A DNA stretch of 64,000 nt from Candidatus Atabeyarchaeum deiterrae. GTDB taxonomy: Archaea > Asgardarchaeota > Atabeyarchaeia > Atabeyarchaeales > Atabeyarchaeaceae. Both the position numbers and the translations under genes were made by a program. Of the stretch, positions 21,643 to 30,945 are shown in pieces (position 1 is the stretch's first letter; each line of letters opens with the position of its first letter). The notes beneath the pieces are model-generated. The model was not told the origin of the DNA. It made no database searches and saw only the letters and a list, made by a program, of their open reading frames with translations. The DNA lies in contig CP147780.1 of NCBI GenBank assembly GCA_037310415.1, forward strand, positions 2,112,001 to 2,176,000, given 5' to 3'.

Positions 21643-22260
21643 GTGACTACACTACATGGAGGCTCTTGCTCGTTGAAATTCAAGCTGACGATCGACGGTA
21701 GAACGCATGAGGTCGAAGTGGCTCAACAGGACTCTCACTCAAGTCCCTCCCTAGTTACGGTTAACATCGATGGCAAGACATTTGCAGTGTCAATTGTTGA
21801 AAGAGATGAGACAAACAGAACGATTAGAGTCAAAGTTGGCGAGAAGCAATTCAAGGTCGGTTTGGAAAAAGACAGTCTTACCAACGGAAGACCATCAGAC
21901 GTCAACATCAATGATATTCCGTTCCGGATTCAGGTTGCCAACCTTGGTGTAGCCAGACCAGCAGTCAACCTCGCAGTAGACGGTCAAACGCAATCGAAAG
22001 TAGGGACACCGACTACGAAGGCTGCGTCAAGACAAGCAGCGTCTGGAGAGAAAGCAATAAGGCCGCCCATGCCGGGGAAGATAATCTCGGTTAAGGTGAG
22101 ACAAGGAGACGTGGTGAAGGCTGGCGACGTCGTGCTAATTCTGGAAGCTATGAAGATGGCCAATGAAATAACGTCACCATTCGATGGCAAGATCAAGGAA
22201 GTGCGTGTCTCGAACGGTCAGTCAGTTGCCCCGGATGACTCATTGATCGTTATAGAATAG
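21643..22260 (+). CDS. Biotin carboxyl carrier protein (likely start ~21673)
   Basis: EAMKM biotinylation motif; PMPGKI. Confidence 0.93.
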   Translation: MTTLHGGSCSLKFKLTIDGRTHEVEVAQQDSHSSPSLVTVNIDGKTFAVSIVERDETNRTIRVKVGEKQFKVGLEKDSLTNGRPSDVNINDIPFRIQVANLGVARPAVNLAVDGQTQSKVGTPTTKAASRQAASGEKAIRPPMPGKIISVKVRQGDVVKAGDVVLILEAMKMANEITSPFDGKIKEVRVSNGQSVAPDDSLIVIE

Positions 22261-22267
22261 GAGACTT

Positions 22268-22603
22268 CTATCTTTCTTCTCTGATAAGATACGTCGTCGT
22301 GTGAAGAACTCCTTCTATCGTTCTCATCCGCGCTGTGATGTCGCGCAGTTTTATGAGGTCATTGACATCAAGTTCTGCAATGAAGTCAACATCACCGTAG
22401 ACGAGTGAGACCTTTTTCACGCCTTTGAGCTTTGCAATCTCTTCCTTTACTGTGGACTCACTTCCAGAGTTCACCTTTCCTGTAACATACGCCATTACCA
22501 TTCTGAGCCCTCTCCTGCAACACACAGGGTCCCTTTGAATCTGTTCCGGTGTTAAGCCCGTTCTTGCGTCAAACGATATCATAAAGATGATTCTGCTTAT
22601 CAA
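22268..22603 (-). CDS. Stand-alone Lrp/AsnC ligand-binding (RAM) domain protein; likely start ~22501
   Basis: AYV...VYGDVDFIAEL...IEGV..TTT pattern. Confidence 0.8.
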   Translation of the reverse strand: MISRIIFMISFDARTGLTPEQIQRDPVCCRRGLRMVMAYVTGKVNSGSESTVKEEIAKLKGVKKVSLVYGDVDFIAELDVNDLIKLRDITARMRTIEGVLHTTTYLIREER

Positions 22604-22849
22604 TTTAATCTAATTTGTCGTTCACGTCTATCAGTGTGGTCCAGCTACATTTTTGCTGCCAGCTAATTCGAGGATAAATACGATATCTCGCTCGTGTCCT
22701 GAAAGTTCGCATCTGTCATTGTGAGAATCCTCATCGACCCCATCACGGATGTCAGAAAATCAGTAACTCATAAATAAACGAGGTCTTCAACCTAGTATTT
22801 ATGAGAATCTGTTAGTACTGCCTATGTTCACCAGCGTAAGGTGCATTAG

Positions 22850-23419
22850 GTGAGTGTTCCAAAAATGGTTGAAGAACCATCTAATCGAAGTGATGAAGGA
22901 AATGAGAAGCCGACCGCGGCCGAAAAACTTCTATTCTCTATTAGAGAGATGAAGGAAAAGGTTGATGGCCTGAGCAAACTGATCAATGATAAGGTGATGA
23001 GACCTCCCGACCCGTCTGTGGCGGCTGATTCATTGCATTCAACGGCAAGAACCTTGAAAGAAGCGGGCGATTATATTTCAGTAAACCTCAGTGGCGTGAC
23101 ATTCAAGGACCTCAAGGGTTCAATGGAGACACTTAACAAGACGATCAAAGATATGACATTCGTGATTAGCGGCCTGGATGTCAGAGTGAAAGGCATGACC
23201 GATCTCCTGAGCTCCGTTGTCAAAAACACTAGGGAACTCAGCGAGGACATCAAATCTAACACCGCACTCATGAATATGTTGATGCGGGCTCTCGACACGA
23301 CCAGTATGGAACGAGAATCACAGCTACTGAAGAATATGCAGACATCAACTGCTCTCATAGAAAAGTTCACGGCACTTGTGAAAACACAAATAGACACAGC
23401 AGCAGATAGAGAAGACTAG
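22850..23419 (+). CDS. Hypothetical coiled-coil protein
   Basis: 189-aa ORF with heptad periodicity. Confidence 0.6.
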   Translation: MSVPKMVEEPSNRSDEGNEKPTAAEKLLFSIREMKEKVDGLSKLINDKVMRPPDPSVAADSLHSTARTLKEAGDYISVNLSGVTFKDLKGSMETLNKTIKDMTFVISGLDVRVKGMTDLLSSVVKNTRELSEDIKSNTALMNMLMRALDTTSMERESQLLKNMQTSTALIEKFTALVKTQIDTAADRED

Positions 23420-23510
23420 CTATCTCCGTGCAGTCAGGACACATGAGGTTCTCATTGTCTTAGATAGTTGTAGATCTGAGGTTCCTTATTCCTTGTGATT
23501 TGAGAGATCT

Positions 23511-23807
23511 CTATTTCGGCGAGCATTTGCATGGAGAGCTTTCGCATCGAGGGCACCTGCTGCTGTACTTTGACGTGGCAGATTCTTCTAGGTCTATCCC
23601 AAGCACGTTGCATACACTGCAAAGCCAAGCCAGAACATCAGCTGCCTCGCCTCTTATGACCCCGAGAGAACTGCTTTTTGCCATTGCTTCAGCGAACTCT
23701 CCAATTTCCGAGACGAGCCAGAGCATATTTGCCTGTGGACCTCTGGCCGTATCTCTCTCGCCGTAGAGAGTTTTCATCAAGACCTGAAACTCCCTTATCG
23801 ATGTCAT
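23511..23807 (-). CDS. MazG-like NTP pyrophosphohydrolase with Cys-rich tail
   Basis: WLVSEIGE, EAADVLAWL, CPRC..PCKC. Confidence 0.88.
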   Translation of the reverse strand: MTSIREFQVLMKTLYGERDTARGPQANMLWLVSEIGEFAEAMAKSSSLGVIRGEAADVLAWLCSVCNVLGIDLEESATSKYSSRCPRCESSPCKCSPK

Positions 23808-23856
23808 CTGTTATATCATACGCTCCTCTAGCTCTATAGAACAGTTCAGCAAGCAG

Positions 23857-24123
23857 TCAGTCTTCTTTTTCGAAGTCTTTGAAGCTTATTAAGCGTTTCC
23901 AGTAGGTCTTTCCTTCCCTGTTGAAGGAGGCGAGAGCACCTATGGTTTCCAGACGTTTGAGAAAGGTCACCAACTGCTCTTTGGTCATAGGCTTTATTCT
24001 TCTGTGGTCACAAGTTAGAAGGTAGTGCTGATACAGTTCGTCCTCGAGTTTGTAGACAGGTAGTCCGAAAGCATCTAAGACTATGAGTGCATTGTTCTCA
24101 TCAGCTGGATCGATGCTAGACAA
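23857..24123 (-). CDS. Small winged-helix protein (RFX/Cdc6-C-like)
   Basis: ELYQHYLLTC...KPMT...LKRLETIG...GKTYW. Confidence 0.6.
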   Translation of the reverse strand: MSSIDPADENNALIVLDAFGLPVYKLEDELYQHYLLTCDHRRIKPMTKEQLVTFLKRLETIGALASFNREGKTYWKRLISFKDFEKED

Positions 24124-24297
24124 AGTCTCTAAAACTCCATTGTGACTGACTCAAAGCTTCTTGCCATTGGATTCAGACAACATGACCAGCATGCACTTCA
24201 AGCTGCGCAGAATTCATGGTTGGCGACAAGCGGCATGGTGCTATTCTTCGTTTTAAGATTTCCGAGAGAACGCCAACCTTTGTTTGTGGGGGTGCAT

Positions 24298-24426
24298 ATG
24301 GAAAAAACGATTCTTCACGTTAACATGATGCAAGAGCAAAAGGAATTGGAGGCGGGGGGAAGGTTTAGCGGAGTTTTCGGAGCCACCCGATTTGGTTGGA
24401 TTATTGCCCAACCCCCGAAAAAGTAG
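24298..24426 (+). CDS. Putative 42-aa microprotein
   Basis: TTTTAA at ~24251, SD GGGGGTG at 24288-24294; MEKTILHVNMMQEQKELEAGGRFSGVFGATRFGWIIAQPPKK. Confidence 0.3.
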   Translation: MEKTILHVNMMQEQKELEAGGRFSGVFGATRFGWIIAQPPKK

Positions 24427-24532
24427 CGTGCCTCGAATCCGTGTATGAGGCAACCCCCCAGTTGTTCATCCCTACTTTCGCCCCTTCCATGCCGCCTCTC
24501 TATCACCTTTTTATTCCCTTTCATCCCTGTAA

Positions 24533-24922
24533 CTATTTTTCGTCATTGTATTCTTCTAGTTGTAGCGCCGTTACCGCTTTCTGAATATCGAGGTTTGTTT
24601 TCCACACGACAAACCCGTCCTTCTTCGGGAACATGATCAGGTTGAAGTCGCTATTTGAAGCGACTACAAACAGTTTGTTCACCCTGAACGTCTTCTTGGC
24701 TTGTTCCAAGAGCATCTCGCCGAGTGCCCCAACCATACGCATTTGCTCCGGATCTGTGTCAGGTGAGATTATGTGGAGATCCTGAATCTCTCCGCGTCGA
24801 AGTGTAACGGCCTCACCGTCGATCTCTAAGGCGAGCGGGTTCGGCTGAACTCCATTGCTTTTCATAAGTTTAGTTTCCATATGGGCCTGGTCCACCTGGA
24901 TCCATTTTTCCATCTCCGTCAT
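24533..24922 (-). CDS. Hypothetical protein, possibly roadblock/profilin-like fold
   Basis: 129 aa; strand-strand-long helix-three strands-helix pattern. Confidence 0.55.
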   Translation of the reverse strand: MTEMEKWIQVDQAHMETKLMKSNGVQPNPLALEIDGEAVTLRRGEIQDLHIISPDTDPEQMRMVGALGEMLLEQAKKTFRVNKLFVVASNSDFNLIMFPKKDGFVVWKTNLDIQKAVTALQLEEYNDEK

Positions 24923-25243
24923 GTTTTCTCATTGTTGATGACTGCGTCATGGGAGTTTTTAAGGGACCAAAAATACGCTCTACTAAAAGATCTGCTTGCT
25001 CTTTCCCACGTTTCAGACACATTCTACACCAGAAAAGCAAAAATAGTCGAAATCGCGTCTCTTTCAAGCCTTTCTGGCACAGTACCGCCTCTAAGAGGAA
25101 CCAGATCGAGACATGTTTCTAGGCAACCGTTCCCTCTTCACCTAGTTTTATATATCACCTTGAGGATCTCTAGTCACTGCCCCCCGCGCGGATGGGTCAT
25201 TGCCTTCCTTTAGTAGCCCCTCTCCAACTGGTGACCATGAAGC

Positions 25244-26620
25244 TTGCTGCCCCTAGATAAGAACATGTTGACCAAGAGATACTCTGACATGTTCGTCCAA
25301 TGCAATGACAAAGAAGTGCAACAATTCTACTGGTTATTGACTTTGTACCTTGCGAAATGTGACGGGATAGTTTCGCCTTCTGAGGTTCGGAATCTGATGG
25401 GTAATACGGGCGCAATCCCTTTTGATCCTTATGTCACTCCTTTGGAGAGAAAAGAATCTTTACTGATAAGGTTGAAGTTTCTGAAGAAGTATGACATCAA
25501 AACACCTGGCGAGATCTCCAGAGTCCTAACACAGGGTCTATTCTCGACGGGCAAGTTCAATGCTGCTGATCGAAGATACCTTGCTGAATTCGTTGAGCAT
25601 CCAGAAGCCTCGTTCAAACAGTCCGCAAGCAGACTTAAAGTGGCGACAAGCTCGGTTTTTGAAGCTTATCACAGGCTCAAAGAGGTGATCCAATTCCGTT
25701 TTACATTCGACCCAAACTATCCTCTTCTCAAGCTCAGGCATTTTGTCGTCTTCTTCAAACCGAACGAATCATTTGACAGCAAAGAGATCTCCAGTAAGGA
25801 GTTCATCTTGTCAATCAATCGAGACACATTCGGGAACTGGATGTGGGCCTCTTTCCTAGTTCCTGACCAAGATAGGATCTTGCAGGAGTTCAGAAGTGGC
25901 CTAGCTCGTTTCGCGCGGAAGTCGTTCGAAGACCATCGACTTTACGAGGTTAGATCCATCGGAAGACACTTCAATCTCTCCATGTTCGATGGGGAGAGGT
26001 GGATCTTCACCGAAGAGGCTTTGGGAATCGGAGCTTTCAAGTTCGCTGAACACAGTAAAGAGATCTCCACGCCCATGCCAGAATCTGCCTACGGTGATAA
26101 GCCTATCAAATTCGACAGAGCTGATTTCCTTATTTCATGCCTCAAAATTGGAGATTCTCGGATCAAGAATTCGAATATCAGGGAGGCTCTTACGGAAAGC
26201 GGTTACGACTTCTCATGGGTCACCGTCTCGAAGAGACTCACGACACTGAAGCGCGCTGGAGTCTTCTTCCCAGGCTCCTATTTCTCTGGGTTGGGCCTGA
26301 ATTTGGCGTTGATGTTCGCAGTGGAGTGCAATGATGAACTGGTCCGGACGTTCCAACACGTGTTTCCAGCGTTTCCGGCATGTGTTGCGAGCAGAACGGA
26401 CAAGGGGGTTATTTTCCACGTGAGAACCACAGCTGAGACTGGCACAGCAATCTCCTATCTGATGCAAAGCTTAAAGGACGAAGTGGATGATATTATCGTC
26501 GCAAACCGGCTCGAGAACATCGGCATCAGAAATCCGTCAGCGCTTCACAAGTATTGGAATAATGACAGACAATACTGGGAATTCCAGCGAGGCGTCTTTG
26601 ATTTGGCACGGCAGCCCTAG
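25244..26620 (+). CDS. Putative regulator: TerB-like N-terminus plus two Lrp/AsnC-type HTH-RAM units (paralog 1)
   Basis: LAKCDGIVSPSE; HTH1 DRRYL..PEASFKQSASRLKVATSSVFEAYHRL; HTH2 DRADF..SWVTVSKRLTTLKRAGV. Confidence 0.7.
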   Translation: MLPLDKNMLTKRYSDMFVQCNDKEVQQFYWLLTLYLAKCDGIVSPSEVRNLMGNTGAIPFDPYVTPLERKESLLIRLKFLKKYDIKTPGEISRVLTQGLFSTGKFNAADRRYLAEFVEHPEASFKQSASRLKVATSSVFEAYHRLKEVIQFRFTFDPNYPLLKLRHFVVFFKPNESFDSKEISSKEFILSINRDTFGNWMWASFLVPDQDRILQEFRSGLARFARKSFEDHRLYEVRSIGRHFNLSMFDGERWIFTEEALGIGAFKFAEHSKEISTPMPESAYGDKPIKFDRADFLISCLKIGDSRIKNSNIREALTESGYDFSWVTVSKRLTTLKRAGVFFPGSYFSGLGLNLALMFAVECNDELVRTFQHVFPAFPACVASRTDKGVIFHVRTTAETGTAISYLMQSLKDEVDDIIVANRLENIGIRNPSALHKYWNNDRQYWEFQRGVFDLARQP

Positions 26621-26914
26621 CAACAGACACTAATATCTCGTCTCTATTCCTGAGACAGACAATAAAACGGAAAACTCGTTGAGGCGCTGCTACACTTGTC
26701 TCATCAAGATAGACAAGATTTTGACCGTTTCTTCGAAATGGGCCAATTGAGCCTCTTCTCGGAAACCGGCAAGATGCGAACGACTCTGATGTTCAGTTAA
26801 GACAGGTTTTCAGTAAAGTCTCTGAGATCATTTGATCTTATATCGCTCATGATCTACAACTGTCACTATGGTTTCGAAGTCGACTGATTTCTGATAGTAA
26901 CCTTTCTTCTCTCG

Positions 26915-28306
26915 GTGAGCCTCCAAATGCCCTATTCAGGCAAGAGCAGATTAATGCAGAGATATTCCAATCTGTTCGTTCGATGCGATGATCAAGAAGT
27001 GCAACAGTTCTATTGGCTATTGTCTTTGTTTCTCGCGAAATGCGATGGTCTGATTTCTGCTCCTGAAGTTCTGCAGTTGATGAGTGGCACGGGTGCAATT
27101 CCTTTTGATCCATACGTGACCCCCGTCGATCGGAAGGAGTCTTTGCTCATAAGACTGAAGTTCCTCAAGAAATATGACATCGACACTCCTAGGGAGATCA
27201 TCAGAGTACTCACTCAAGGTCTGTTCTCAAGTGACAAAATGAGTCCATCAGATCGCAGATATCTCTTCGAATTCATCGAAAACCCGACCTACACCTTTAA
27301 ACAGTTCGCAGGCAAGCTCAGTGTGTCAGTTAGTTCAGTTTTCGAAGCGTACCATCGACTTGGAAAAACGATCCGTTTCCGCTTTCCTTCCCTTCTCAAC
27401 TTTCCTTTGTTGAAATTGAAGCATTTTGTGATCTTCTTCAAACCTAATGATTCCTTCGAGAGTTCCATGATCTCAACCAGAGACTATACTCTGAGCATGA
27501 ACCGAGACACTTTCGGGGATTGGATGTGGGCCTCTTTCTTGGTTCCGAACCAAGTTCGAATCCTCAAGGAGTTCAGACGCGGTCTGTCTAATCTAGCAGA
27601 TAAATCGTTTCATGACTCTCGCCTGTACGAAGTCAGATCTTATGGAGCTCATTCCAACATCTCCATGTTCGACGGAGAGCGATGGATCTACAGTGAGGAG
27701 GCTCTGGGCATAGGTGCATTCAAGTTTGCCGAACGCAACAAAGAGATCTTCACGCCGATGGATGAGTTCCTTTACGCCGACACGCCCATTCGATTTGACG
27801 ACGTCGACTTCATTATTTGCTGCCAAAAGATTGGAGATTCCCGCATCAAGAACTCGGCAATCAAGGAAGTTCTTCGACAGAACGGTCACAATCTCTCTTG
27901 GGTTACCGTATCGAAGAGAGTAAACGCTCTGAAACGTAAAGGGGTCTACCATCCGGGTTTCGCTTTCTATGGTCTAGGTCTAAACTTGGCGCTGACGTTC
28001 GCGGTCGAATGCGATGAAGAAGTTGTCGAGACCTTCTATCATATGTTTCCTATGTTTCCTTGGTGTGCTGCAAGTAGGACTGATAAGGGCGTGATATTCC
28101 AGATTAGAACCACAGCTGAAACTGGTCCCGTGATTTCTTATTTGATGCAGAGTCTGAAGGATGAAGTTCACGATCTCATCATGGCTAACCGTCTTGAGAA
28201 TATTGGCACTAGAAGCCCATTTTCGCTCCATAAGCAATGGAACAGCACAAAGCAGTACTGGGAATTTGAAAGAGGGGCTTTTGATCTATCCAAGAAGCAT
28301 CAATGA
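26915..28306 (+). CDS. Putative regulator, tandem paralog 2 (likely start ATG 26927)
   Basis: Collinear, highly similar paralog of 25244..26620; GGTGA SD before ATG 26927. Confidence 0.7.
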   Translation: MSLQMPYSGKSRLMQRYSNLFVRCDDQEVQQFYWLLSLFLAKCDGLISAPEVLQLMSGTGAIPFDPYVTPVDRKESLLIRLKFLKKYDIDTPREIIRVLTQGLFSSDKMSPSDRRYLFEFIENPTYTFKQFAGKLSVSVSSVFEAYHRLGKTIRFRFPSLLNFPLLKLKHFVIFFKPNDSFESSMISTRDYTLSMNRDTFGDWMWASFLVPNQVRILKEFRRGLSNLADKSFHDSRLYEVRSYGAHSNISMFDGERWIYSEEALGIGAFKFAERNKEIFTPMDEFLYADTPIRFDDVDFIICCQKIGDSRIKNSAIKEVLRQNGHNLSWVTVSKRVNALKRKGVYHPGFAFYGLGLNLALTFAVECDEEVVETFYHMFPMFPWCAASRTDKGVIFQIRTTAETGPVISYLMQSLKDEVHDLIMANRLENIGTRSPFSLHKQWNSTKQYWEFERGAFDLSKKHQ

Positions 28307-28358
28307 TGTCGAAAGTCTCTTCGATCATCAGACACCCAAGAAGCGCCAAGACCTTTTC

Positions 28359-28982
28359 CTATTTCTGTTTTGACTTCTCTTTCAGTTCTCCAAATAACTC
28401 AGCTCTCTCTTCAGGTGAGACGTATGAGAAACCTATGACTTCCATTTGCTGCCGGTTGAAAAGTTGCATGCTAAGCGCCACAGGTTCGGTTAGATTCTTC
28501 TGGTATCTGTTAATGAATCCTTCGATGGTTTCTCTTCCCATGCGCTTGAATCTCGATTCGTCTATGGAGTACGTCGATTTTCCTCCATCGCCTGTTTCTT
28601 TGACCACTGATATTATGATGAACTCCTCAAAATCCTGACGGCTCAGCAGTCTCTTCAGGCATGCATTATTGTCTTCTGTTTTCCCGCATTGAAAGAATAT
28701 TCTCTGCGTCTTTGAGAACATCGGTTTTATTGTACCGGCGTAGTACTGAAGACCGGGATACCGTTTCTCAAGCTCCTTCAGAACATCTACAGTCGAGATT
28801 ATTTCTCCCGGCAACATTGATACGCCTCTTGTATTGCCCTCTTGATTGTTAGAGTTCAAAAACTCATATGACGTTCTATCCAATATAACAGTTTGCAGTC
28901 GCTCTCTATTTGAAGGGAAAAGGTCTCGTCGATTGGGACAGGGGACTGCATCTTGGTGAGTAGGGTGAATTTCGACAGTCAC
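28359..28982 (-). CDS. Hypothetical protein (likely start ~28817, MLPGEII)
   Basis: Long ORF filling the gap; no recognisable motif. Confidence 0.55.
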   Translation of the reverse strand: MTVEIHPTHQDAVPCPNRRDLFPSNRERLQTVILDRTSYEFLNSNNQEGNTRGVSMLPGEIISTVDVLKELEKRYPGLQYYAGTIKPMFSKTQRIFFQCGKTEDNNACLKRLLSRQDFEEFIIISVVKETGDGGKSTYSIDESRFKRMGRETIEGFINRYQKNLTEPVALSMQLFNRQQMEVIGFSYVSPEERAELFGELKEKSKQK

Positions 28983-29133
28983 CGTGATATCCTTGATTGC
29001 TGTCCGTTTCTCGAGGCAAAGCTATTTAATGCTGCCAGCATTACTGTTCATGAGTTCAACATCAAGACCGCGCAATGACGTCCGAGGACTGGACATCAGT
29101 CTAATGATCAACGGCAGAGTTTGAGGAACTCTT

Positions 29134-29895
29134 TTGGGGAAAATGCCTGAGAGGGGCTATCTTTTGAATGAGAGAGAAAGCACTGGGATAGCTGGACTCG
29201 ATGAAGTGATCGGCGGAGGACTAGCCAGACCCTCACTGACTGCCTTGATTGGAGCGCCCGGCACAGGGACAACAACCTTCTGTAAGCAATTCATAATGTC
29301 ATCACTTCAACGCGAAAGGAATGTTATGGTAGCTTGCACGGATGAGCCAGTAGGACACTTTCTCAGACATTTCAGGTTCCCTCAACCTTTTGACCTTGAG
29401 CCCTACGTGAGACAAAACAGATTGGTTATCTTAGATATGTACGAGCGGTTCACAGAACGGCTTGGCATAAAGAGTTACAGCAACATTGAAGAGGTTGGTG
29501 AGATTCCACTAGGGGAAATACTTGAAGAGCTTACGGAAAGAGTTGCCAGCGGGGTTCCCGGACTGCCACGCGAGTTTAACACTGTCATAGACTCACTTAC
29601 GGCCGTTGCACCATTCGTTGGAGTCCGTGACATGTATGCGGTCTTGCGTGAGTCTCGGAGAAGAGTCAGAGAGGGTAAGCACGTTGTTGTTCTTACCGCT
29701 CATGAGGGCGCTCTTGAGGGGAACATCATTCAGGCTCTTAGGCAGCACGCTGACTGCGTCATAAAAATGACTATGTCCTTGTCCAAGACAGATTTGAAGA
29801 GGCTAATGATAATCGAGAAGGCAGGCTTCACAGAGATAAAGCAGGCAACGTTAGAATTCAGTATTGGGTCAGCCGGCATTGAGATCAAACAATAA
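29134..29895 (+). CDS. KaiC/RAD55-like RecA-fold protein, type A copy 1, degenerate Walker A
   Basis: STGIAGLDEVIGGG, GAPGTGTT, VIDS, R.MIIEK...GIEI. Confidence 0.88.
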   Translation: MGKMPERGYLLNERESTGIAGLDEVIGGGLARPSLTALIGAPGTGTTTFCKQFIMSSLQRERNVMVACTDEPVGHFLRHFRFPQPFDLEPYVRQNRLVILDMYERFTERLGIKSYSNIEEVGEIPLGEILEELTERVASGVPGLPREFNTVIDSLTAVAPFVGVRDMYAVLRESRRRVREGKHVVVLTAHEGALEGNIIQALRQHADCVIKMTMSLSKTDLKRLMIIEKAGFTEIKQATLEFSIGSAGIEIKQ

Positions 29896-29916
29896 ACTTC
29901 AATTTCACGATTTGGG

Positions 29917-30813
29917 ATGAGCTCTCGAAAGGTTGATATTAGACTCATAAGAAAGGATATTCGTGATTTGTGCGGGGGGAGAAACGGGATAAACCGAACC
30001 AAGACTGAGAAAGTGAAGAGCCAAAATCCTAGGCCGCTTTCCCTCAACTCAGTGCCAAGCGCCCTAGAGAGCCATGAAGAGCGGATTCCTTCTGGCATAT
30101 TAGGACTAGATGCGGCTCTGGATGGTGGGTTTCCAGAAGGAACCATGATTTCCCTCGGTGGCGACATAGGAACCGGCACTTCAACCTTCTGTCTCCAAGT
30201 GGTGTGGTCATGGTTGACCACAGGGGGAGCAGCAGCATACTTCTGCGTTGACGACCCGCCTGAAACAGTTGTGAATCATTTCAAGAGCTACGGCTGGAAT
30301 GTAGAACGTTACATTGAGAAAAAACAGCTGACAGTATTTGACACAAATACTGTCACAAGCCACCTGTCATCTAAACCTGAGGGGCAGAATGGAGTCGCCG
30401 AGAGGAGGGCTCTCCTTGGTAAGTATCTTGGAGATGTACGGGAACAATTGCACTCCCTGGGAACTAACAACAACACGGCTCTTCCCACCTTGGGCGTGAT
30501 TGACTCACTCTCTTCGGTGGCTCCGTACATTGATCTGCGGTCAGCTTACGTGTTCGCTCACATGATCGCAGAATATATTAGGAAGAGCGAAGACCTACTA
30601 ATTGCAGTTGTTCACACGGGAGCTTTCGAGGCCAACATTGTCTGCGCATGTAATTCAGTAGCAGACGGCATAATCAGATTAGAATCTGCGCTTACTAAGG
30701 GGGAAGTGAAGAGACAACTTCGCATCGAGAAGATGGCATTCACGCAAATACCCCCAAAGACGCTTGAGTACAAAATTACGAGCAAGAATGGCATTAAGAT
30801 TATCACAAGGTAG
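29917..30813 (+). CDS. KaiC/RAD55-like RecA-fold protein, type B copy 1, degenerate Walker A
   Basis: RIPSGILGLDAALDGGFP, GDIGTGTS, VIDS, ADGIIRL, RQLRIEKM. Confidence 0.88.
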   Translation: MSSRKVDIRLIRKDIRDLCGGRNGINRTKTEKVKSQNPRPLSLNSVPSALESHEERIPSGILGLDAALDGGFPEGTMISLGGDIGTGTSTFCLQVVWSWLTTGGAAAYFCVDDPPETVVNHFKSYGWNVERYIEKKQLTVFDTNTVTSHLSSKPEGQNGVAERRALLGKYLGDVREQLHSLGTNNNTALPTLGVIDSLSSVAPYIDLRSAYVFAHMIAEYIRKSEDLLIAVVHTGAFEANIVCACNSVADGIIRLESALTKGEVKRQLRIEKMAFTQIPPKTLEYKITSKNGIKIITR

Positions 30814-30945
30814 CTAGCCGGAGCCACAAGTTACCTTGGCCAAGCAATCAACGTCACACGATAGCGGAGCCAATGTTCAGTGGTTCCCAACACGGTCAGA
30901 CAACTTCACAGATAAGCGCTTTGGGAAGAACTGAGGCGAGCCCAA

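Noticed and set aside
24124-24530. Replication origin with ORB elements next to the Cdc6-like wHTH
   Set aside because: G-runs are present, but there are no repeated TCCAxTGGAAA-type ORB boxes, no AT-rich unwinding element and no full cdc6 gene
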